Assembly: GCA_951406725.2 (NCBI GenBank)
Contig: OX597828.1
Location: forward strand, 18,848,001 to 18,912,000
Reading direction: 5' to 3'
Origin: Octopus vulgaris
Lineage: Eukaryota
DNA length: 64,000 bases
Below, piece by piece: positions 1 to 11,699 of this stretch. Each line of letters starts with the position of its first letter. Within the stretch, counting starts at the first letter, position 1. The notes below the pieces were generated by a model. The model made no database searches. It had not been told where the DNA came from and was given only the letters and a program-made list of their open reading frames with translations. The translations under genes and the position numbers were made by a program.

Positions 1-544
1 CTGAACCTTTAAAGGCAGTGGACCCCAGCATGGCCACAATAAAATGACTAAAACAACTAAAAAAAAATCTTCATAGATTCTCACACGGCAACATCCACAA
101 AGACAGAAACAAACTACGAACACATACTATATTATCTAAAGATTTATATCTAACTAATAATTATAATGACTATCACAAACTACAGGTTAATTAGAGCACT
201 ATTATGACTTATTATACAAATGTTCTATTATCATTACTCTCTAACAGGATTGTTAATGAAAGTACACATCAAAAGACAAGGCTATGATAGTGTTGATTCT
301 CATTAGAATCTCCTTAGGCTCGGTATAACAGATTTAGTTATAAACATTCTGTTACGTTATATACATTCTGGAGCAGTGCTTTAACGATAACTGATGGAGA
401 TTAATTATGTGTTTCACCATACAGCTTATGGCTTAATTTGTTATATAAATGCTAACATGCATAGTCTTGCTGTGAAGATATTTTAGGCTAAAATTCAAAT
501 TAACTTTTATATTTAACCATAGGACGGTTCTTAGAGTAGTTAGT

Positions 545-1230
545 CATCATCATCATCGTTTAACGTCCGTTTTCCATGCTAGCATGGGTTGGACGGTTCG
601 ACCGGGGACTGAGAAGCCAGGAGGCTGCACCAGGCTCTAGTCTGATCTGGCAGTGTTTCTACAGCTGGATGCCCTTCCTAATGCCAACCACTACGTGAGT
701 GTAGTGGGTGCTTTTTGCATGCCACCGGCACAGGTGCCAGGGGAGGCTGGCAGCAGCCACGATCAGTTGGTGCTTTTTACGTGCCACCGGCACGGAAGCC
801 ATTCAAGGCGGCGCTGGCATCAGCCACGTTCAGATGGTGCTTTTTACATGCCACCGGCACAGATATCACAACTACAATTTCCCTTTGATTTTTTTATGTT
901 GATGTACTTGACTCAATAGGTCTCCTCAAGCACAGCAGGTTGCCCTACAATCCAAGGTAAGCACAGCAGGCCATCCTGCGATCCAAGGCACTTTGGATGA
1001 GCTGGGGCTTCGATGTGAAGCTGGTGCAGGAAACAACCATGAATTCATGTTATTTGTCGGGTTTTCACAGTCACAGCATATCTCCAGAGGTCTCGGTCTT
1101 TCGTCATTGCCTCTGTGAGATCCAGCATTTGAAGGTCATGCTTGACCACCTCATCCCATGTCTTCCTGGGTCTACTTCTACCCCGGATTCCTTCAACTGT
1201 TTGGGAGTGGCACTTCTTCTCAGACAAAAT
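545..1230 (-). mobile_element. 3' end of an RTE-clade LINE (C-terminal ORF remnant, 3'UTR with ~66-bp repeat units, (GAT)n tail)
   Basis: ORF 1045-1227 (-) reads ...EGIRGRSRPRKTWDEVVKHDL...KDRDLWRYAV, the typical RTE C-terminal GRPRKTW...DR..W pattern. The element ends in ...ccaacccatgctagcatggaaaacggacgttaaacgatgatgatg on the minus strand. Confidence 0.8.
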
Positions 1231-1756
1231 GCCTTGCTGTTTCTGTTTTTGTTTTTCTCCCCTATTCTTTTCATTATGTGTTCAAATCCCAGTGGAGAAT
1301 TCATGTGATTATGCAAAAACAAAAACAAGTCTTTTTTTTTGCGATTTAAGGGCTCTAACTGTTCTTTTTAGCACATCTCACGACCATCTGATACCTTCCT
1401 CGATTGTTTGTCACTGATATATTGATGTTTTTCAATATCATTTTCCCTGTAAACACATTTATTGATCTATTGCTGAGATTTAAGCAAAAAATTAGAACTG
1501 TCCATATTTTAAACTCCGATTTTAAAGAAAAAAATTCGAAAAATAAAAAAAATTTTTTTTTCCTTTTTAAATTGTATGAATTACTGAGAGTAAAAAACAA
1601 ATCCTAAAAAAATTTCTGAAATTCCAAAATATAAACAAGTTATGAGAGGTTATATGGGGTGCTTAAACAAGAATTCCACCTTTCATCCCTCTAGGGGTCT
1701 ACAAAATGAAATGCCAGTTTCACTCACAATGCACAGTAGCATTACTGCCAGCTTAT

Positions 1757-2480
1757 GTTACGAGTTCAAATCTCACTGGGATCAGCTTTGACTTTCATCC
1801 TTTCAAGGTTGATAAAGTAAGAACCGGTTGAGCACTGGGGCCGATGTAATCGACTTACCCACTCCCTGAAATTGCTGGCCTTGTGCCAAAATTTAAAACC
1901 ATTATTATTATTATTACTATTATCAAGGCAGCAAGCTGACAGAATCGTTAGCATGCCAGACAAAATGCTTAGCAGTATTTTGTCCATCTTTACATCCAGA
2001 GTTCAAATCTTGCTGAGGTCGACTTTGTCCATCCTTTCGGGGGTCAATAAAATAGGTACCAGTTGATTACTAGGGCTGATGCTATTCACTACTCTCTTCC
2101 CTCAAAATTTCAGGCATAGAAAGGATGACGACTATATGTAGTAGCAGTGGTGGTGGAAGTAGTAGCAGTGGTAGTAGTAGTAGTAATAATAGTAGTAGTA
2201 GTAGTAGGAGTAGTGGTGGTGGTGGTGGTGGTGGTAGTAGTTGTAGTAGAGTGGTACGGTAAATTGGAAAAAGTATCAGAGTGCTGAACAAAATTCCTTA
2301 GAGTATCTAACTATGTTATTTAAAAATTTTTTTTTTGGTACATTCTGAGTTCAAATACCACCGAGGTAGACTTTGCCTTTTGACCTCCCAGTGTTGATAA
2401 AATAAGTATTAAACAAACACAGGGGCCAAGTATATAATCAATCGTTTCCTGCTCCCTAATTTCTGTGACCTTGAGCATAC
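1757..2480 (+). mobile_element. Three tandem, decayed copies of a tRNA-derived SINE with Nin-DC-like core (family B)
   Basis: Repeated gagttcaaat...ctttgcctttcatcctttc..ggt.gataaa.taagtaccag motif with (ATT)n tails; most CpGs are mutated to TG/CA. Confidence 0.75.
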
Positions 2481-2840
2481 ATTGAAATTATTATTATTAT
2501 TATCGTTATTATTATTATTATACTAAAAGTTTTATTATATTATTTAAAGTAAATTAAATTTTTCTTTGTAATCTAAATTTACTTTGAATACTCAGCAGTT
2601 ACTTCTTTTAAAAATAATCATTCAGGTTGCCATTATACGCGCACATTGTGATTTTATTTTAAAACATTAGAATTACAATTATAATAATGTAGAAATATAA
2701 TTATAACCAAGTTAATTATAGATATAATCAAGGACATTAATTACAAGTATAATTAACTATGTATAATTAAGCAGTGAAAGATTTCATTTGTAGGAAGTAT
2801 TTTTTTTTAAGGCAAGTTAATTTGAGTCACCTCACCAAGT

Positions 2841-3265
2841 TTATATATATATATATATATGTATATATACACATATATATATACACATATATATATATAT
2901 ATACACATATATATATATATATATACACATATATATATATATATACACATATATATATATATATATACACATATATATATATATATATACACATATATAT
3001 ATATATACATATATATATATACACATATATGTATATACACATATATGTATATACACATATATATATATACACATATATATATATACACATATATATATAT
3101 ACACATATATATATATACACATATATATATATACACATATATATATATACACACATATATATATATACACATATATATATACACACACATATATATATAC
3201 ACACACATATATATATACACACACACACACACACAGACATACACACACACGCACACGCACACACT
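2841..3265. repeat. Compound (TA)n/(TACACA) microsatellite
   Basis: Directly visible; accounts for the overlapping Y/I/H/T ORFs. Confidence 0.95.
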
Positions 3266-3659
3266 ATTTGTGGAATTTGACTAGAGAAGTGAGTCAGCAC
3301 TGAAGTTTCGAATTCTGGTTTGAGAGATATTCCACAAACGAGATAAAAGAGTCACCACATAGCTGCTCAAATCTGTTAGAAATTGCAGTCTAATTTTCTA
3401 ACATCACCTTAGTTTTAATATCTACTTTTCCATACTTGCGTGAGTGAAACAAAATTAATAGAGGCAGATATTTCTTTCTATGGCCAGATGTCCTTTCTGT
3501 CACCAATCCTCACCCGTTTCGAAGCGAGGTAATATTTCCCCATGGCCAGATGCTTTGACATAGAAGACAAGCAACAGAGGATACTGTTCATATGATAGCG
3601 ATGCTTGGTTACAAATGTTGCTTGCTATACAGCCAAGGAGACACAAACTATATATATAC

Positions 3660-4100
3660 AGGAGCGACTGTGATAAGAAACTTGTTTCTCAATCGTATGG
3701 TTCTGAGTTCAGTCCCACTGCATGGCACCCTGGCACCAAAGCCTTGTGAGTGGATTTGGTAGGCAGAAACTGAAAGAAGCTTGTCATGTGTGTGTATGTA
3801 TGTATGTCGGAGACCCCCTTCGGTCACGAATGACCATGGAATTGCACCTAGAAAGTTACCCTCCGAGGCACAAGTCAGGGCAAGGTTGTTTATGGAAGAC
3901 CAGCAGTCGCCCATGCATACCGACATCCCCCTCTTCACACCACCGATGTCATCCAAGGAAAAGGTAAAGGCTGATACAGCTTGGCACCAGTGACGTCGCA
4001 GCTCATTTATTAATGTGCAAGTGGCTGAGCACTCCACAGACACATGTACCCTTAACATGCACCCTTAAAGATGCTCTAACCACTGAGTCATGCGCCTTCA
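3660..4100. mobile_element. Nested SINE fragments (family A head plus family C body)
   Basis: cagtcccactgcatggcacc...gccttgtgagtggatttggtag (family A) is followed by gaatgaccatggaattgcacctagaaagttaccctc..., which recurs at 45875-46050 and inverted at 47820-47990. Confidence 0.7.
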
Positions 4101-4291
4101 CTAGGTATGTATATATATATGTATACTATGTATGCATGTATGTGTACATATATATATATATATATCATCCGTCTTCCATGCTAGCATGGGTGGGACGGTC
4201 TGACAAGAGCTGTCCAGGCAGAAGCCTGCACCAGACTTTTGTGATTGTTTTGGCAGGATTTTTACAGCTGGATGCCCTTCCTAACACCAAC

Positions 4292-4426
4292 CACTCAGCA
4301 GAGTGGACTTAGTGCTTTTCACGTGGCACAAGCACAAGTGAGGTCAGTTTTGACAAGATTTTTACAAAAACTGACCTCACCTGTGCTTTTGCCATGTAAA
4401 AAGCACTAAGTCCACTCTGCTGAGTG
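4292..4426. repeat. Near-perfect fold-back inverted repeat (two ~60-bp arms, ~15-nt spacer) inside an RTE-tail element
   Basis: cactcagcagagtggacttagtgcttttcacgtggcacaagcacaagtgaggtcagtttt pairs with aaaactgacctcacctgtgcttttgccatgtaaaaagcactaagtccactctgctgagtg; about 4 mismatches. Confidence 0.9.
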
Positions 4427-4536
4427 ATGTATGTGTATATATATATAGTTCAAATTTACAGAAAACAAAAGACAAAGGCAGGTGAAGGAACAACAATCAG
4501 GTGTATTAGTTTGATGCTCAAGAAAAATGGAAAAGA

Positions 4537-4572
4537 CTTTGACATTTCAAGCCTACACTCATCATCAGAATG
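4537..4572 (-). ncRNA. Decayed minimal type I hammerhead ribozyme-like motif in a Penelope-like terminal module (4450-4620)
   Basis: Minus strand reads CATT-CTGATGA-T-GAGT-GTAG-GCTT-GAAA-T-GTC-AAAG. Same family as the copy at 53038, with CpG-type decay. Confidence 0.5.
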
Positions 4573-5091
4573 GATTTAGAAGAAAAAAATGGAAAGAGAA
4601 AAAATGTGTAGGGATTAATGGTTCAATATGATGAAAATGTGTGTGTGTGATAGGCTTCCACACAGTTTCCATCTACTAAATTCACTCAGAAGGCATTTGT
4701 AGGCCCCAAGTTATAGTAGAAGACACTTGCCCAAGGTACTGCACAGTGGGACTAAACCTGAAACTACATGGTTATAAAGTAAACTCTTTGACCACACAGC
4801 CATATATTTTTTGAGGGGGTGGGGCAACAGAATTTACATACTCCCAGATAATTGTTCTATTGCCAAGATGTTCATGTGTTTGGACTATTGTTAAAAGAAA
4901 CATATGGCACTGTAACATCATCATCATCATTACCAGCTACCAAATCAGCATCATCATCACAATGATCGCCATTTATACCACTCACTACAACTACCATCAC
5001 CACTACTACCACAACCACTAATACAACAAGCATCTTCATAACCACCACAAACATCATCACCAGTCTACCACAACTCATACCACTATTATTA

Positions 5092-5490
5092 AGCGTAGGA
5101 GTGGCTGTGTTGTAAGCAAGCTACTTACGAACCACATGGTTCCAGGTTCAGTCCCACTGCGTGGCACCTTGGGCAAGTGTCTTCTACTATAGCCTCGGGC
5201 CAACCAAAGCCTTGTGAGTGGATTTGGTAGATGGAAACTGAAAGAAGCCCATCGTATATATGTATATATATATGAATGTGTATATGTGTGTGTGTGTATG
5301 TCTATGTTTTTCCCCCCAACATCGCTTGACAACCAATGCTGGTGTGTTTATGTCCCCATAACTTAGTGGTTCGGCAAAAAAGACCGATAGAATAAGTACT
5401 AGGCTTACAAAGAATAAGTCCTAGGGTCAATTTGCTTGACTAAAGGCGGTGCTCCATCATGGCCACAGTCAAATGACTGAAACAAGAGTA
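5092..5490 (+). mobile_element. Full-length tRNA-derived SINE, family A (CORE-like, octopus OR/OK-type)
   Basis: tRNA-like head (tggctgtgt.gtaag...ggttcagtccc), ccttgggcaagtgtctt core, internal TA/TG microsatellite, 3' ...gtgctccatcatggccacagtcaaatgactgaaacaagag. Confidence 0.85.
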
Positions 5491-5910
5491 AAGGCAGGTG
5501 AGCTGGCCAAATGGTTAGCATGCTGGGTGAAATGCTTAGCAGCATTTTGTCTGTCTTAACATTGTGAGTTCAAATGCCACCATGGTCGACTTTACCTTTC
5601 ATCATTTCAGGAACAATAAAGTAAGTACCAGTTTAACACTGGTGGGGTCGATGTAATCGACTTACTCCCTCGTCCAAAAATGCTGGCCTTGTGTCAAAAT
5701 TTGAAATCATTATTACCATCACTGCTATAAACATCATCACTGGTCCGCCACAACTCATACCACTATTACTACCATCATCATTACCACCATCGCTGTCAAA
5801 ACCAACGCCTCACCACCATCACCACCACTGCCACAAATACCACAATTATTTTCTTCATCATCACCATCGTTAATTATTTTCATGATAATTACCACTAAAT
5901 TTCACATACA

Positions 5911-7362
5911 CAGGGTTTTCAGGCTAAATTTGACAGTTAACATAAAAAGAAAAAAAAAACACAACTCATCCAAAAATGAAAGTATTTTAAAAGATCAGAA
6001 AATATCAACTAGATTTTGGCTGAGAGATAATAATTTACTCAAAGTGGCCTATCTTAGATTCCACCGCGACCTCAAGACAACTCCAGAAACTGGTGCATGT
6101 GTTCTTCCTTGAGAAGATCTTCAAATATCTCCAAGGTCTTGGCCGCCAGTTTGGCCTTGATGTTGCTGGCAGAGCAGTCAGTGTCTTTTCTGTCATGTCC
6201 CACACATAGTAAGTAATCTATAGGGATTTGGAGGCCAGAAATTGGGTCTGGTGGAGTCATAGAAATTCTCAGACAACCACTTCTGGCAAGAAATTGAACT
6301 CTGCTGCTACACACATGGCCTTCCAGCATGGCTGATGCCAGTGCCGCCTGACTGGCCCTTGTACTGTTGGTGTGTAAAAAGCACCATTTGAGCGTGGTCG
6401 ATGCTGGTGCTGCCTGACTAGCTCCCATGCTGGTGGTGTATAAAAAGCACCATTTGAATGTGGCCAATGCCAGAGCCACCTGACTGGCTTCTGTGCTGGT
6501 GGCACGTAAAAAGCACTATTCGAGCGTGACTGATGCCAGTGCCGCCTGACTGGCCCTTGTGCTGTTGGTACGTAAAATGCACCATTTGAGCGTGGTCGAT
6601 GCTGGTGCTGCCTGACTAGCTCCCATGCTGGTGGTGTATAAAAAGCACCATTTGAATGTGGTCAATGCCAGAGTCACCTGACTGGCTTCTGTGCTGGTGG
6701 CACGTAAGAAGCACTATTCGAGCGTGGCTGATGCCAGTGCCACCCGACTGGCCCCTGTGCTGTTGGTGTGTAAAAAGCACCATTTGAGCATGGTCAGTGC
6801 TGGTGCTGCCTGACTAGCTCCCATGCTGGTGGTGTATAAAAAGCACTATTTGAATGTGGCCAATGCCAGAGTCATCTGACTGGCTTCTGTGCTGGTGGCA
6901 CGTAAAAAGCACTATTCGAGCGTGGCTGATGCCAGTGCCACCCGACTGGCCCCTGTGCTGTTGGTACGTAAAATGCACCATTTGAGTGTGGTCGATGCTG
7001 GTATTGACTAGTCTCCAGCAGCTTCACATATCTGTCTAAATTGAGCCTGTAGTTGTTGGATGAATTCTGGCTTGCAGACACGGTCAGAATCTATGCTATA
7101 TACGTCCCTGCTGGCTATGGCTTCATAGTCTCCATTGCAGCTATTCATGGCATATCTTATAGTCTTCACAGAGCATTCAGCAGCAGCCATAATATCGGCA
7201 TTTTGATACCCAACTCAAATCATCATGTAACTCTTTTTCAATATTCTCATGGCTTCCATTCCTCCAACTCAGCTAAGTTTTTCTCACTGTTCAGTATTTC
7301 AACCTGTTGCTGAAAAAAATGGGTACATACAAAAAATTCTAAAATTTAGCCCAAAATACTTG
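5911..7362 (-). mobile_element. Decayed, internally deleted Tc1/mariner-superfamily DNA transposon (maT/DD37D-like)
   Basis: Imperfect TIRs CAGGGTTTTCAGGCTAAATTT (5911) and CAAGTATTTTGGGCTAAATTT (rc ending 7362, flanked by TA). Minus-strand relics: AECSVKTIRYAMNSCNGDYEAIASR..SDRVCKPEFIQQL; RLNLDRYVKLLET; AGRPCV*QQ...QKWLSENFYD..PNFWPPNP (WPPNSPDLNP-type motif), with stops and frameshifts. Confidence 0.8.
6325..7005. repeat. 66-bp minisatellite, ~10 units arranged as a 198-bp three-variant higher-order repeat
   Basis: The aaaa(g/t)gcac anchor recurs every 66 bp (about 6378, 6444, 6510 ... 6972); variants A (ggccc.tgt.ctgttgg), B (tagctcccatgctgg) and C (ggcttctgtgctggtggcacg) cycle in order. 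Confidence 0.92.
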
Positions 7363-7684
7363 TACATAACGAACACCTGTACATCCATAGACATACACAC
7401 AACACGCTATCTCTCATAGAACACATATGCATACACACACTATTTCTACCACCACCAGCAATATGTACACATGCGTACACACTATATGTGAAATGTTGGT
7501 AATAATTACCTGTTGTACACCTGCTTTTTCTGTCAGTCACAAATGATCATGATAGGAATACTGTTATGAATTCTTCACAAAACCAACAATATCAACATAA
7601 TCTTTGATTTGTACACTCATCATCATGCAATTAATCTATCTGCGAGCTAAGTATATATATATATATATATATATTATTATTATA

Positions 7685-8524
7685 TGTAGAAAAATACAAA
7701 CTGGGACAAGAACGCAAAACACTTAGAAGATGATACAAAAAACATGGACGGGACATTCGAAGCCCTCAATCTTCAGTCAAGAACCGGATCATCGTAGCAA
7801 TTTCGGCTGATTAATCTGGTAGACTCTTCTTATAGTAAAGGAAATAGCTAAATAGCTAAATTCTTTGGCTGCTATTTCTAAAAGTTCGGTATGTGGTAAA
7901 GCAAATTTTTTTGCTGAACCTTAATTATATAAAGTAATGTTTAAATTTACCGTGAATGGTCCTTTTACATACTGAACACTGCTTGGTAAAATTATTAATT
8001 ACTAATTAATTAATTAATTTTACCCTTATTATTATTATTGACAATATAATTCTCTCCCTGATAATAAACTACGGATTCTTCTGTAGGAATCTGTTGCTCT
8101 ATAACTCACGTGGGTGGACAGGGGAAGATGCAGAGCCTCATTCGTATGTTTTGAATTCATTAGTACTGGATGTCGAAGGTGGTTTGTCTGAGGTTACTCA
8201 AATCAGATATGTATGTTCGATTTTTAGTGCTCTCAAATTTAAATTTAATGAAATCTTTGTGCTGATGACGAGAATGTTAGAATAGGGATGTATTTCTAGC
8301 ATCTCTATATCTGACTAACCCAGAAACGCATTCACAAGTAATCAATCTTTCGAGTGAACTTTCGTTATTTTTCCCTCTATGCCTACGTGAATTGGTTTTG
8401 AGTATACATTGTCTGGGAGACACTTCTTATAGTAGAGGAAATAGCTAAATTCTTTGGCTGCTATTTCTAAAAGTTTGGTATGTGGTAAAGCAAATTTTTT
8501 TGCTGAACCCTAATTATATAAAGT

Positions 8525-8525
<1 letters not shown>
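7685..8525. mobile_element. Probable Penelope-like or LTR-like element remnant with ~115-bp direct repeats (7815-7935 and 8412-8524), flanked by (TA)n
   Basis: cttcttatagta.aggaaatagctaaattctttggctgctatttctaaaagtt.ggtatgtggtaaagcaaatttttttgctgaacc.taattatataaagt occurs twice. The minus strand nearby has ...cagccgaaa and ctgaaga motifs. Confidence 0.45.
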
Positions 8526-8556
<31 letters not shown>

Positions 8557-8974
8557 CACACACATACATACACATAGAGAGAGAAAGCCAGAGAAATAGA
8601 GAGAGCATGATAGAGAGAAAGATTGAGCAAAACCTCAATTCTTAGACTTACTATATAATATTCTGCAACAAACAAATTCTCCTTGGAATTTCAGTTAGTA
8701 TAGAACAGCATCCTTTAAGGAAAGCTGTCCATTTCTATACACTCAGTTTAGCCAGTATTCGCAAGGGAGCCAACTGAAGTGACAGCATAAATTTCTAAAT
8801 CCCTTTTAATCTGATACATAAATACATACACACACATACATACATATATAGGAGCAACAGTGATTGTGTAGTAAGATGTTTGTTTCCAATCACATTGTTC
8901 CAGGTTCAGACCTACTGTGTGGCACTTTGGGCAACTGCTTTCTACTATAGACTCCCATCGTGTATCTGTATATG

Positions 8975-9410
8975 TCATCATCATCATCATCGTTTAACGT
9001 CTGCTTTCCATGCTGGCATGGGTTGGACTGGCAAGCCAGGAGGCTGCACGAGGCTCCAATCTGATCTGGCAAGGTTTCTACAGCTGGATGCCCTTCCTAA
9101 TGACAACCACTCTGAGAGTGTAGTAGGTGTTTTCCACGTGCCACCAGTACAGAAGTCAGTCAGGTGGCATGGGCCACGCTCAAATGGTGCTTTTTACATA
9201 CTACCAGCATGGGAGCCAGTCAGGCAGCACCAGCACCGACCACACTCAAATGGTGCTTTTTACATACCAATGGCACAAGTGCCAGTCAGGCGCCACTGGC
9301 AAAAACCACACTCAAATGGTGCTTTTTACATGCCACCGGCACAGGAGCCAGTCAGGCGACACTGGCATCAACAATGCTTGAATGGTACTTCTTTACATGC
9401 CACCAGCACA
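8975..9410 (-). mobile_element. RTE-tail element with four 66-bp units
   Basis: Same (CAT)n-cgtttaacgtc..tttccatgct.gcatgggttggac start as 545; tggtgcttttt recurs at 66-bp spacing (9185, 9251, 9317). Confidence 0.8.
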
Positions 9411-9605
9411 TGAGATTCAGCGTTTCTTGCAGAACTTGACAAGGTTGGACCTTTGAATTTCAGGTAAAACTAATTTTTGCCAGCTGAGTGGGTTGGATCA
9501 AGAGTCTTGCTCAAGGACATAAGGCGCCGCCGGGAATAGAACTCTCAACCTTACAATCGCAAGCCGATTACCCTATACTAAAAATACGAATAAATGTTTA
9601 TATAT

Positions 9606-9836
9606 ATTTCTTTACTACCCACAAGGGGCTAAACACAGAGCGGACAAACAAGGACAGACAAACGGATTAAGTCGATTATATCGACCCCAGTGTGTAACTG
9701 GTACTTAATTTATCGACCCCGAAAGGATGAAAGGCAAAGTCGACCTCGGCGGAATTTGAACCCAGAACGTAGCAGCAGACGAAATACTGCTACGCAATTC
9801 GGCCGGCGTGCTAACAATTCTACCAGCTCGCCGCCC
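9606..9836 (-). mobile_element. Young full-length family B (Nin-DC-like) SINE
   Basis: Reverse complement is ggcggcgagctgg.agaa...gttcaaattccgccgaggtcgactttgcctttcatcctttcggggtcgataaattaagtaccag...; CpGs intact. Confidence 0.88.
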
Positions 9837-10036
9837 TAAAGCATCTAAATATTTATATAATATGCATGGTGGTTGTTAAATGTCCTGGTAAATAAAGAAA
9901 TATATGCAGTCATATCCTGCTTTAAACGAGCTTTTAAATATTCGTCTATTAAATAGGCTGTAATGAAGAGAAATTTTGCGTGTAAAACAGGTTAGTAAAT
10001 AATGGGTCTCCGAACAGATTAGTAGACAAGGATATA

Positions 10037-10270
10037 AGGCGGCGAGCTGGCAGAAACGTTAGCACACCGGGCGAAATACTTAGCGGTATTGCATCTGTTG
10101 TTGCGTTCTGAGTTCAAATTCCGCCGAGGTCGACTTTGCCTTTCATCCTTTCGAGGTCGATAAATTAAGTACCAGTTATGCACTGGGGTCGATGTAATCG
10201 ACTTAATCCGTTTGTCTGTCCTTGTTTGTCCCCTCTGTGTTTAGCCCCTCGTGGGCAATAAAGAAACAGA
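10037..10270 (+). mobile_element. Young full-length family B SINE, inverted relative to 9606-9836
   Basis: ggcggcgagctggcagaaacgttagc...ttccgccgaggtcgactttgcctttcatcctttcgaggtcgataaattaagtaccag...gggcaataaagaaa. Confidence 0.88.
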
Positions 10271-10739
10271 TATAAAGGCAGACTTTCGATATAGCTATCC
10301 CACATATATGAGAATTATTTCGTTTTTGTCGAGATTCCCCACTCTTTTTTTTTTTTTTTTTTTTGCATCCCACGTTTTAAAAATAAAAATACAAAAAAGA
10401 GAAAGAGCCTTACAAATTCATTTTTCTTTTTTTTTGCATCTGCCCCTCAACAAACATGCATTCACGACAGCAGCCAACTTTAATTTTTTTTCTTTATTTT
10501 TCGTAATTTTATTGTATTCCACATTCTGAAACACTCGTAATTTATTCATTTTTTTTTTCTTAACCACCTGCGTCACTTCATCATCATACCTTTCCCAATT
10601 AAAATGAGATTTTTTGTTTGGTTTCCTCACATCCTAGATACTTTTGCCATTCTGAAAAAAGTATATATATATATATATATTCTATACGACGCAAAAATTA
10701 AATGAATTAAAAGCAAAATAAGAACCTCTAAACACTTAC

Positions 10740-11200
10740 CTGATTTCAAGGTTTGCGTTGATGACAAACTTGAACGGCTTTTTCCCATTAAAATGTTCCG
10801 ACTCAGACAGGAAAATAATGACGTCCGCTCCCAGGAAAGAAATATTCATTTAGAAAATGAAGAAAAAAAAGAAACAGAAAATTGACGAAATTCTCAACAC
10901 AATTTTAAAGAGCATTTTGGTTTTTTGGATTTTTTTCTTTCATTTCCCAGACACGACAAAATGGTGGATCGGTTAGTCTTCATTTCAAGACACAAGCGAT
11001 CTGCTGCCGTCCTTCAGAAGAGGATATCAATATTTTTTTACAGAAATCCCCCCCCCCCCCAATGGGTTTCAGTGAATTCATGTGGCGAAGTGGTGGGAAT
11101 CACTGGGGCAAAAAAAAAAATCACTGGAGAACTACAAGACTGTAACAGAGTTTCTTCTGTCGGCTGAAATCTTTGCGTTAGTCATCGACATTAAAACTAC
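10740..11200 (-). other. Candidate 5' exon of a minus-strand gene running toward and beyond the window start (5' boundary uncertain)
   Basis: Consensus donor CAG|GTAAGT at 10740/10739 in unique, CpG-retaining sequence. A ttttttcag acceptor at ~10652 would give an ~88-nt intron and a next exon ending at AAG|GTATGA (~10590). YY1-like caaaatggtgg at ~10957. Confidence 0.45.
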
Positions 11201-11270
11201 TGAATCTACATGTAATGCGACTAGACTCTGAAAGGAGTTTTCATTCAGTACATGTCGTGTATTGTCAATA

Positions 11271-11667
11271 TCTTTATATATAAAAGTGAAGTTGTGTGTC
11301 TGTCTCCTACGATTTAGATTCCTAACTACTCCCACATTTTGCGGTGCAGTGTAACCAAAAGCGGGTATCTTATAGTCGTGATTCATATCGAGCCCTTCTG
11401 GGTATTAGCGCGCGTCTACGATGAGTCTATGATTTTAAAAAAATTTAACATCATTTTTTTCCATTTTAATGCATTTTTTCGCTATTATATAAGGGAAGTA
11501 ACTCTCTAAAAATGTCTACGTTGAGTCAACGATTTAAAAAAAAATTTACTATCATTTTTTTTCCCATTTTTAATGCATTTTTTTGCTTTTTTTGGCTATA
11601 ACTCTCTAAAAATGCTTATATAGTTATTTCCCTTACAAACCCGAGCAACGCCGGGCGATACTGTTAG
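11271..11667 (+). mobile_element. Non-autonomous Helitron
   Basis: A|TCTTTATATATAAAA 5' end; 3' hairpin cccgagcaacgccggg followed by cgatactgTTAG|T (CTAG in the sister copies); A/T target with no TSD; internal ~100-bp duplication. Confidence 0.8.
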
Positions 11668-11699
11668 TTATTATATAATTATCTGCAGTCAGTCCTCGC

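Noticed and set aside
648-671. miR-34-like sequence tggcagtgtttctacagctggatg
   Set aside because: It lies in an RTE-tail repeat whose other copies differ in the seed (tggcaagg at ~9067), and no precursor hairpin is evident.
6325-7005. CRISPR-like appearance of a regularly spaced conserved motif
   Set aside because: The intervening sequences are homologous to each other and cycle A-B-C rather than being unique spacers; the context is eukaryotic with no cas genes.
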